A stretch of DNA of 64,000 nt from an uncultured Chitinophaga sp. (lineage in GTDB: Bacteria; Bacteroidota; Bacteroidia; UKL13-3): the NCBI GenBank assembly GCA_964355075.1, contig CAYHCF010000002.1:16480-80479 (forward strand), given 5' to 3'. Shown here piece by piece: positions 22,301 to 29,157 of this stretch; position 1 is the stretch's first letter, and each line of letters opens with the position of its first letter. The position numbers were made by a program, and so were the translations under genes. Under the pieces are notes generated by a model. That model saw nothing but the letters and a program-made list of their open reading frames with translations, was not told the DNA's origin and did not search any database.

Positions 22301-23700
22301 GCAACTTTAAGCAAGTGGAAGTTCATGGCGATATTGTTATAGATTCAAATGGTAAAAAACACAGTATCAGGGACAAGAATGTGAAAATTCTGGTTCCTAG
22401 CATGGGAAGATTTGCTACTGATGGTTTTGCTGCTGCCTTCAGATTCTCTGGAATTAATTCGGAACCATTGCCTGTATATTCTTATGAAACCTTAAAAACG
22501 GGTCGAGGTTTAACCACTTCAAAAGAATGTATTCCTTTAACACTTTGCGCAGGAGCAATGGTTAATCATCAAAATAAAAATCCAAAAGAAGATGAAATCA
22601 CCCTGATGTTTATGTCTACAGGTTGTGGGCCATGCAGACAAGGTCAGTATACCGTTTACCTGAAAGACATCATTGCCAATAAAAATCTTAAAAATCATGG
22701 CATATTTACGCTCACTGATGAAGATTCCTACAGCGGGTTGGGTACAGATTTTGTAATTCGTGGATTTACGGCGCTCACTATTTCAGATGTATATCAGAAT
22801 TTGTATTTTGCAGTAGCTGCCCTTGCAGTTGATAAGGAAAAAGCACTTGAAATGGTGGATCAGGAATGGGAAAAGATCGTAGAAAAAATTGAAAAAGGGA
22901 CGGCATCCGAAGTGTATAACCAGCTTGAGATTGCTGCAAAGAAATTTAGTACAATCGAAAAAATAACTACCATCGAGAAAGCCGTTAAAGTGGCATTAAT
23001 CGGAGAGATATTTGTGCGCAATGAAGACTTTTCAAGAAGAGAACTGGTTCAAAAATTGTTAGAACAGCATATCGTGATAAAAACAGCACCAATTGGTGAA
23101 TATTTGTTATATGCAAATTATCAGATAAAACGATTGTATAAAGAGCATTTACCATCTCTTAACTCAAGAATGCGTTTTAAATTGAGAGAAATTATTCAAA
23201 GAAAAGTAGAATTAAAAATTAAAAATATACTGGCTAAATCCGGATTCTACGAATATGAACCCATTGAGATTGAGAACGTAATAAAACATTCAAAAGGGCT
23301 GATACCGATTGAATTAGAAGGGGAAGCGATTCTAACAGTGGGTAGTGCCATGGCTGATATTGTTCATCATGCATCAGGTATTGTATCACTGGGACCGTTC
23401 GGATGTATGCCATCTCGTGTTGCCGAATCCATTTTAAGTGTAAATATGAATGTAAAAGGGAAGGAAAATGCACAGGGAAAAGAGTTAAAAATGAACAATT
23501 CTGAAATCGAAAATTTGCCATTTTTATCTGTTGAAACCGACGGGAATTTATTTCCTCAGATCATTCAATCCAAATTAGAGATTTTCATTTTGCAAACCAC
23601 CCGTCTTCATAAAGCATTAATGAAAAGTTCTGAAGAAAAACAAAAAAGTTTTACATTAGGTTTATTGGATAAAATAAAGGCTCAGCTCAATCTGTTTTAG
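19375..23700 (+). CDS. Giant acyl-CoA dehydratase/BCR activase-related protein: two BcrAD/BadFG/HgdC-type ATPase domains fused to a Cys-rich C-terminal region of about 800 aa
   Basis: Domain 1 has MGICIGASS..., NKCASGTGEFF and GRCSVFCKSD. Domain 2 has ILGLDVGSTTTKA, EIGGQDAKY, NEACSAGTGSFLEE and NDQCSAFISSD. The C-terminal part has CAGQPEGCDRKCNVN...GGACNKYY, NFSCGPDS, STGCGPCRQGQ and LGPFGCMPSRV motifs, as in the uncharacterised CoA-substrate-specific enzyme activase fusion family. Confidence 0.75.
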   Translation: MKNMNSTRHMGICIGASSVSVVELQKDHEEIKLTSYSTKPHHGNPKQIIEEIFSKETPDKIVVTGRKFRNLLNITSIPEPEAVELAAEYLQLNTDIIISAGGENFIIYLLDKNRKISKCMTGNKCASGTGEFFLQQIQRMNLSVEDAIALSGEGEAYNISGRCSVFCKSDCTHALNKGVAKQDVIAGLCRMMANKIIELTSHISCDRAVIIGGVARNNKILNTLHEHFNELIVPDEAAYFEALGAALHSANNEVPSVDIESLFRKEHISFTFHKDLKQFVDFVDFKEFQKGEVAENDVCILGLDVGSTTTKAIMMRVSDNAVLATEYLRTNGDPIQASIECYKSLKEKLNTKVKIIGLGVTGSGRHISGLHANTKGIVNEILAHANATIYFDKDVDTIFEIGGQDAKYTFITAGVPSDYAMNEACSAGTGSFLEEAAKESLNIDYKLIGDIALMASNPPNFNDQCSAFISSDVKNALHEGLNKEDIVAGLVYSICLNFTNRVKGNRPVGNKVFMQGGVCYNKAVPIAMAALTGKHIIVPPEPGLMGAFGVALEIKERLALNLFEEQHFDLDELINRKVEYGKSFICAGQPEGCDRKCNVNLILIEGRKIPFGGACNKYYDYRKTKSKEKANSNLVKVRQDLVFEKYAPFHEVAENSKVLAIPKSFLVNTLYPLYYNFFSKLGFKVVLGEEAVKEGIDKQQASFCYPVELAHGFFQGLIDLKPDYIFLPHITEIYDPLDKNYNKTCILLQSEAYYLQSTFNKSIGDIKILAPIINFSQGYASGKDSFIDLAISLGKSTSQAEAAFKFAINQLMQMFEEFKALGKQAMEDLAKDPKQIAIVLFGRSYNAFAKEANLGIPQKFSSRNLTLIPHDFIPSAHLESYENMYWGTGNQILRSARFVKNHEQLFGTYITNFSCGPDSMMIPYFRKIMGNKPSLTLELDSHSADAGLNTRIEAAVDIINRYRELTKKGMLNETASNFKQVEVHGDIVIDSNGKKHSIRDKNVKILVPSMGRFATDGFAAAFRFSGINSEPLPVYSYETLKTGRGLTTSKECIPLTLCAGAMVNHQNKNPKEDEITLMFMSTGCGPCRQGQYTVYLKDIIANKNLKNHGIFTLTDEDSYSGLGTDFVIRGFTALTISDVYQNLYFAVAALAVDKEKALEMVDQEWEKIVEKIEKGTASEVYNQLEIAAKKFSTIEKITTIEKAVKVALIGEIFVRNEDFSRRELVQKLLEQHIVIKTAPIGEYLLYANYQIKRLYKEHLPSLNSRMRFKLREIIQRKVELKIKNILAKSGFYEYEPIEIENVIKHSKGLIPIELEGEAILTVGSAMADIVHHASGIVSLGPFGCMPSRVAESILSVNMNVKGKENAQGKELKMNNSEIENLPFLSVETDGNLFPQIIQSKLEIFILQTTRLHKALMKSSEEKQKSFTLGLLDKIKAQLNLF

Positions 23701-23818
23701 GGGTCAGATTTAATTCAATTGTTTGCCATGACCCCAATTCAGCCTGTACCGGTGAAGTTGTTTTGGTTAAATCGGAAAATGGCGAACTTAAAAAATATTT
23801 TTTATTTTCACTTACAAT

Positions 23819-23854
23819 ATGACAAAAGTCATTTAGAATTATGATGGCCATCAA
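23819..23854 (+). promoter_or_regulatory. Pair of Crp/Fnr-type palindromic boxes upstream of the bcrC-like gene
   Basis: aTGACaaaaGTCAt (23819-23832) and aTGATggccATCAa (23841-23854; 9/10 match to the FNR consensus TTGAT-N4-ATCAA). Centres are 22 bp apart, and the proximal centre lies about 105 nt before ATG 23953. Confidence 0.4.
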
Positions 23855-23952
23855 TCAAATTTACGTTAAAAGCAACTCACTTTGTTATATAGAAGAAAAT
23901 CAAAAACTTCAGTGCTGATTATTACAACATCAAAAGGAAATAAAACAGTTTA

Positions 23953-25116
23953 ATGAAAACATTAGAAAAAATAATACAAGATTGTGAATCACTGGCATTT
24001 GACTTGAGTTTTACAAGGGCTAAGGAGTGGAAATCGGAAGATCCAAAGCGAATTATTGTAGGTTATCTACCTATCTATATCCCGCGTGAAATTATTCATG
24101 CTGCAAATGGAATTGCGGTAGGCATTATGGGTTCAGGCGACCGAAAACAGATTATCAAGGGAGACGCTTATTATCAATCCTATATATGTCATTTCCCAAG
24201 AGGTGTTATCGAAATGGCATTAGATAACAATCTGGATGGATTTGACGGATTTCTGTTCCCTGCCATATGTGACTGTGTTCGGAATCTTTCGGGCATGTTT
24301 AAATTATCCAAAAAGGGGAAATTTCAACGTTATTTTGACTACCCTCAAAATTTCGAATCCCATATAGGTGGAACTTTTTACAAACAGGAAATTGAAAAGG
24401 TTCTGGACGATATGTTTGCCATCAACGGGATAAAGGTTACTACCAAAGCACTTAATCAATCGATCCTTTTATATAACAGAAACAGAAACCTGATTGAGAA
24501 AATATATGATATCAGACAAGCAACGCCATGGAAACTATCAGCCGTTGAAACCTATTATATTCTTAGAGCTGGTCAGGTAATTCCTGTTGAAGAGCACAAT
24601 GAAATATTGGAACAAGTAGTTTCTCATTTACAAAATGAGAGAGGAGAGCCAATGGACAATATCCGTATAGTTGTTAGCGGCTCCTTCTGCGAACAACCCC
24701 CAATTGGCTTGATAAAGTCGATAGAATTGGCAGGTTGCTATATTGTGGAGGATGATTTTATGTTGGGATCAAGACTCATACAGGGAAATATAAACGCAGA
24801 TTCAGACATCCCTCTGGAAACCCTGGCAGATGCCTATATCAATCACAGTACATTCTCCTCGGCTTTTTATGATGTTGGAAATCCCAAGGGAAAACGACTG
24901 GTAAAACTGGCAAAGGAAAGAAATGCAGATGGTATCATTTTCTGTGCGGCCAGCTTTTGTGACCCTGCCCTACTCGACCGCCCGGAAATGCAGAAAGAAT
25001 GTGACCTTGCAGGAATTCCGCATATCAATTTCCAATTCCATGAAAATACCGGTCAGTTTAAAGTAATAAAAGAACAAGCCGGAACTTTCTCTGATTCGAT
25101 AAAGCTTTGGGCATAA
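23953..25116 (+). CDS. bcrC: Benzoyl-CoA reductase (class I) subunit C-like protein (BCR/2-hydroxyacyl-CoA dehydratase family)
   Basis: 387 aa, first gene of a C-B-A-D ordered set. N-terminal ...RAKEWK...IVGYLPIYIPREIIHAANG and the Cys pattern are typical of the family. Size and position match BcrC/BadD as I recall them. Confidence 0.6.
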   Translation: MKTLEKIIQDCESLAFDLSFTRAKEWKSEDPKRIIVGYLPIYIPREIIHAANGIAVGIMGSGDRKQIIKGDAYYQSYICHFPRGVIEMALDNNLDGFDGFLFPAICDCVRNLSGMFKLSKKGKFQRYFDYPQNFESHIGGTFYKQEIEKVLDDMFAINGIKVTTKALNQSILLYNRNRNLIEKIYDIRQATPWKLSAVETYYILRAGQVIPVEEHNEILEQVVSHLQNERGEPMDNIRIVVSGSFCEQPPIGLIKSIELAGCYIVEDDFMLGSRLIQGNINADSDIPLETLADAYINHSTFSSAFYDVGNPKGKRLVKLAKERNADGIIFCAASFCDPALLDRPEMQKECDLAGIPHINFQFHENTGQFKVIKEQAGTFSDSIKLWA

Positions 25117-25239
25117 TTCAAATTATGAGTTATGAGTTATGAATTTGATTTATTAATGTTTAACGGATAGGTGGAGATTGCATCTGCCCTTCATGGATGA
25201 AAACAATGTTTTAAATATAAAAAAAAATTATTAATTATT

Positions 25240-26544
25240 ATGAGCAAAGGACATCAAGAGGCAATTAAAGAAAATAGCATGGTTATCCAAAAGGAGATGC
25301 TTGCCAAACAATTTAAGGAATTAAGTACTGCGAGTGAACTTGGCAAAAAAGTTGTTTATACTTTTGTTCCGGGAAACCTTACCGAACTTATTCTATCATT
25401 TGACATGCTACCGGTGTACCCCGAGATCAATGCCTTGCAGTCGGGTATGCGAAAAAAATCTGCTGATTATATCCGCGACGCTGAAAAGGTAGGATACTCA
25501 GAAGATGTTTGTACTTACGTAAAATGCGATGTAGGAATGATGTTGAACGGAAATATTGGTCCAACAGGAGAAAAAATTCCGCCACCCGATTTATTATTAT
25601 TGAGCTATACAGGTTGTTTTACTTTTTTAAAATGGTTTGAGAATCTCGAACGCTTGTATCCGGGAGTACCGGTTGCCATGTTGCATACACCCTATCAGGA
25701 AGATGGTAAAATATCTCAGGATCAAATTGACTACATGGTTAAACAAATGAAAGAGGAAGTGATACCAAAAATGGAAATGGTATCCGGGCAGAAATTTGAT
25801 ATGGACCGTCTTTCAAAGATGCTTGTAAATTCAGCAAAAGCTGAAGACTTACTGGTAAAGATTTTAGAGAGTGCAAAACAGGTGCCATCACCTATTGATG
25901 CTTATTTTGCCGGCGTATATTATATAGGCCCGATTTTCACGGCTTTTAGAGGTACCGAAGAAGCTGTAGAATATTATACTGAACTATGGAATGAGGTTCA
26001 GGAAAGAATGAGATTGGGTTTAGGCCCTATTACTCCGGAAGGGGAATTGAAAGAAGAGAAATTCAGGTTGGTTGTTGAAGGACCTCCTAACTGGACTAAT
26101 TTCAGAGAGTTTTGGAAAATATTTTATGATATGGGAGCTGTTATAGTTGCCTCATCCTACACCAAAGTGGGTGGTGTTTACGATCAGGGGTTCAGACATG
26201 ACAGTAAAGAACCGCTTGAAAGTTTAGCAAAATATTGTATGGGGGTTTACACCAATCTGAACCTGCCACAACGTGTGGACATGCTTGAAAAATATGTAAA
26301 AGATTATAAGGCCGACGGTTTTCTTATCAATTCCATAAAAAGCTGCAACTCCTTCTCTGCAGGCCAATTAATGATTATGAGAGAGATTGAACAGAGGGCT
26401 GGAGTGCCTGTTGGATTTATCGAATCTGATTTGGTTGACCCCAGGTACTTTTCCTATGCCAATATTAAGAATAGATTAGAATCGTATTTCCAGATGTTGG
26501 GTCAGCGGAAAATCATAATAAAACAGGTAGAAGCAGAAGTGTAA
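25240..26544 (+). CDS. bcrB: Benzoyl-CoA reductase (class I) subunit B-like protein
   Basis: 434 aa BCR/HAD-family protein (VVYTFVPGNLTELILSFDMLPVYPE..., CTYVKCD). Second position in the four-gene set; size close to BcrB/BadE. Confidence 0.6.
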   Translation: MSKGHQEAIKENSMVIQKEMLAKQFKELSTASELGKKVVYTFVPGNLTELILSFDMLPVYPEINALQSGMRKKSADYIRDAEKVGYSEDVCTYVKCDVGMMLNGNIGPTGEKIPPPDLLLLSYTGCFTFLKWFENLERLYPGVPVAMLHTPYQEDGKISQDQIDYMVKQMKEEVIPKMEMVSGQKFDMDRLSKMLVNSAKAEDLLVKILESAKQVPSPIDAYFAGVYYIGPIFTAFRGTEEAVEYYTELWNEVQERMRLGLGPITPEGELKEEKFRLVVEGPPNWTNFREFWKIFYDMGAVIVASSYTKVGGVYDQGFRHDSKEPLESLAKYCMGVYTNLNLPQRVDMLEKYVKDYKADGFLINSIKSCNSFSAGQLMIMREIEQRAGVPVGFIESDLVDPRYFSYANIKNRLESYFQMLGQRKIIIKQVEAEV

Positions 26545-26712
26545 TTGGTAATCGGTAATTGGTAATTGGTAATTGGTAATTGGTAATCGGTAATTGGTCC
26601 CTTCGACAAGCTCAGGATGACAAATTTTGTTGTCATAGTGAGCCTGTCGAACTACGGTAATTGGTATTTGGTAATCGGTAATTGGTAATCGGTAATTGGT
26701 AATTGGTAATTG
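26541..26712. repeat. Composite repeat: 8 x GTAATYG heptamers, a 50-nt imperfect palindromic core, then 8 x GTAATYG heptamers
   Basis: Heptamer arrays at 26541-26596 and 26657-26712 lie in direct orientation. The core hairpin has arms 26602-26623 and 26630-26651 (22-nt arms, 3 mismatches). The first heptamer overlaps the bcrB-like stop codon. Confidence 0.9.
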
Positions 26713-26750
26713 GTTTAAAAAAAATAAATTAGCATATAAAATAGAATTAA

Positions 26751-28166
26751 ATGAATAAATATTATCTTGGAGTTGATCTTGGCTCCACAACATCAAAGGC
26801 GGTTATCATAAACGATCAGGATGAAATTATTGGTCGTGGAATTACCAATACCCGCGCCAACTACTCGGTGGCGGCAGATATAGCCAGGGAAGAAGCGATT
26901 TATAACGCTCGTTTTTCCATACTCAAAAAAAATCTTGAAAAAGATATGGAATCGAATCCCGAGTACAGAAAGTATATTTCAGATCTGGAAAGTGTTTTTC
27001 AATATGAACAATTCAAAGTTCGGATTGATAAGTTGGGCGAGGAGCTGGTAAAAACCTGTAATAGTTACCTGTCGGGAGACAAGAAAGATCTCATGCTGGA
27101 GAATTTAAGAAATATCAGAAAAGTAATTAAGCCAAAAATAAAACATGCGTATATTTTCGGTGATCTGGGTTCCAAAAATCAGTTTTTCAGGGATATCGTT
27201 TCAGAGCTTTACAACGAAGAAGTAAACAAGCTCGACAGTTCATTATTTGAACCTTTAATGACTATTTGGGATAAAAGTATCAGTCCGGCCGAGAATCAGG
27301 CTGTTGAATTCAACTTCTTTGAATTGATCCAGAAGGCAATGGAATTGCTTAGAGAAAAATATGAAAACCTTCCTGATAATCTCGAAGATGAAAGCATCAA
27401 TTTTGATGCTGAATTAAATTTATTAAAAGGCAAGTTTTATAATGTTAGCGATTCCTTACGCGAGCACATTCATAATATTGCCAGGATTGAATTTAATATT
27501 ACCAATATGACCGGAACGGGCTATGGTCGTGCACTACTTCCATTTCCTCAGGAATGTATCCGTTCTGAAATTTTATGTCATGCTTTTGGTGCCCACGCAA
27601 TTTTTCCTGAAACCCGAACGGTTTTAGACATAGGTGGTCAGGATACCAAAGCAATTCAGGTTGATAAATACGGATTGGTTACCAGTTTCCAGATGAACGA
27701 CAGATGTGCTGCAGGTTGTGGAAGGTACTTAGGTTATATCGCCGATGAGATGAGCATATCTTTAAACGAATTAGGACCCATGGCGATGAAAGCAGAAAAG
27801 GAAGTAGTGATTTGTTCTACCTGTACTGTTTTTGCCGGAGCTGAATTAAGGGAACTTACCAATCTTGGTGAGAAACGAGAGGACATTCTGGGCGGCTTAC
27901 ACAAGGCCATTATTATGCGGGCAATGTCGCTGATTGCCCGTTCAGGTGGTGTATTTAACGAATTTACTTTTACCGGAGGGGTTGCGAGAAATCAGGCGGT
28001 GATTAAGTACCTTACCCAATTAGTAAGAGAAAATTACGGAAATGATATTGTAATAAATATTCACACCGATTCAATTTTTATGGGAGCATTGGGAGGAGCC
28101 ATGTTTGCAAGAAGGAACATGGTTGCTGATTTACCAACTACAAAAAAAACAAAAGAATTAGCATAA
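26751..28166 (+). CDS. bcrA: Benzoyl-CoA reductase subunit A-like ATPase (BcrAD/BadFG family, with insertion)
   Basis: 471 aa. YLGVDLGSTTSKAV (phosphate 1), LDIGGQDTKAI, MNDRCAAGCGRYL and CSTCTVFAGAE (cluster-bridging Cys positions). An insert of about 170 aa follows the first strand region, as in BcrA/BadF-type subunits. Confidence 0.65.
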   Translation: MNKYYLGVDLGSTTSKAVIINDQDEIIGRGITNTRANYSVAADIAREEAIYNARFSILKKNLEKDMESNPEYRKYISDLESVFQYEQFKVRIDKLGEELVKTCNSYLSGDKKDLMLENLRNIRKVIKPKIKHAYIFGDLGSKNQFFRDIVSELYNEEVNKLDSSLFEPLMTIWDKSISPAENQAVEFNFFELIQKAMELLREKYENLPDNLEDESINFDAELNLLKGKFYNVSDSLREHIHNIARIEFNITNMTGTGYGRALLPFPQECIRSEILCHAFGAHAIFPETRTVLDIGGQDTKAIQVDKYGLVTSFQMNDRCAAGCGRYLGYIADEMSISLNELGPMAMKAEKEVVICSTCTVFAGAELRELTNLGEKREDILGGLHKAIIMRAMSLIARSGGVFNEFTFTGGVARNQAVIKYLTQLVRENYGNDIVINIHTDSIFMGALGGAMFARRNMVADLPTTKKTKELA

Positions 28167-28182
28167 AAATAAATAATAATAA

Positions 28183-29022
28183 ATGATGGAAAATTTTTAT
28201 ACAATGGGGATCGATGTGGGTTCTAATTTTATCAAACTTGTATTGGTAGATTACTCCAATAATCCTCAAATAATTGACAAGCACACTGAAAAGATCAGAA
28301 AGCGCAATCCTTCAGTTGTGGCTGAAGAATTGATTCAGGGGATGTTGACGAAAAACAATCTTCAATATGAAGACATTGCATATCTGGCTTCAACCGGTGA
28401 AGGAGATTTGGTAAAACGCAAACGAGGACATTTTTATGGAATGACCACACATGCCAAAGGAGCACACTATTTCTTTCCGGATGCCATTACCGTAGTGGAT
28501 ATGGGAGCGCTATATGTAAGAGCCATTAAAATGACGACAGATGCCCGCGTTCAGGATTATAAGATGACCGGTCAGTGCGCCTCCGGATCGGGACAATTTG
28601 TTGAAAACATTTCGCGCTATCTGGGACTGTCTATTGAAGAAGTAGGAGGTGTTTCCCTGCAAGCTGAAGCTCCCGAATTATCTTCCGGGATTTGTGCAGT
28701 ATTGGCTGAAACTGATGTAATCAATATGGTTTCAAGAGGAATTAAAACACCAAATATTATCAAAGGAATTCACCTCTCCATAGCCAGCAGAATCATTAAA
28801 CTACTAAGCTCCCTCAAGGCAGAATCTCCGATCGTTATTACCGGGGGGATGTCGTTGAATAGTGGCATGATACAGGCCATTGAAGAACAATTACTGGAAA
28901 CCGGGAAAAAATATGTTATCAAAACGCATCCCGACGCCATTTATGCAGGCGCAATCGGTGCGGCTTTGTGGGGAGGATTCAGGCATATTAAATTGAAGGA
29001 AAAGCAAGCTGAACTGGTATAA
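28183..29022 (+). CDS. bcrD: Benzoyl-CoA reductase subunit D-like ATPase (BcrAD/BadFG family)
   Basis: 279 aa. MGIDVGSNFIKLV, TGQCASGSGQFVEN, GICAVLAETDVIN and ITGGMSLN. Last gene of the C-B-A-D order. Confidence 0.65.
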   Translation: MMENFYTMGIDVGSNFIKLVLVDYSNNPQIIDKHTEKIRKRNPSVVAEELIQGMLTKNNLQYEDIAYLASTGEGDLVKRKRGHFYGMTTHAKGAHYFFPDAITVVDMGALYVRAIKMTTDARVQDYKMTGQCASGSGQFVENISRYLGLSIEEVGGVSLQAEAPELSSGICAVLAETDVINMVSRGIKTPNIIKGIHLSIASRIIKLLSSLKAESPIVITGGMSLNSGMIQAIEEQLLETGKKYVIKTHPDAIYAGAIGAALWGGFRHIKLKEKQAELV

Positions 29023-29157
29023 GCACGAAGGTAGGATCCGCGTGATTTCACGAATCCAAAATAGAGAAAAACAGCCATTGGGAAAAAAAGTATAAGTAAT
29101 TAACTTTTAAGTAAGACCCCTATTTCGTAAAATAATAAAAAGAATAAAAATATAATT

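Noticed and set aside
26541-26712. Possible CRISPR array, because of regularly spaced short repeats (also at 41170-41211 and 46880-46970)
   Set aside because: The repeat unit is 7 nt with no spacers, and no cas genes are present. These are tandem heptanucleotide arrays, not CRISPR.
26476-26796. 106-aa minus-strand ORF (…NYRLPITNYQLPITDYQ…)
   Set aside because: It is simply the translation of the GTAATYG heptamer arrays and the palindromic core. It overlaps the ends of both flanking bcr-like genes and has low-complexity periodic sequence.
29030-29056. Imperfect hairpin (ggatccgcgtgatttcacgaatcc) after the bcrD-like gene, as a candidate terminator or Crp-like site
   Set aside because: The stem is interrupted by mismatches with no following T-run. 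The CGTGA-N2-TCACG spacing does not fit Crp/Fnr sites.
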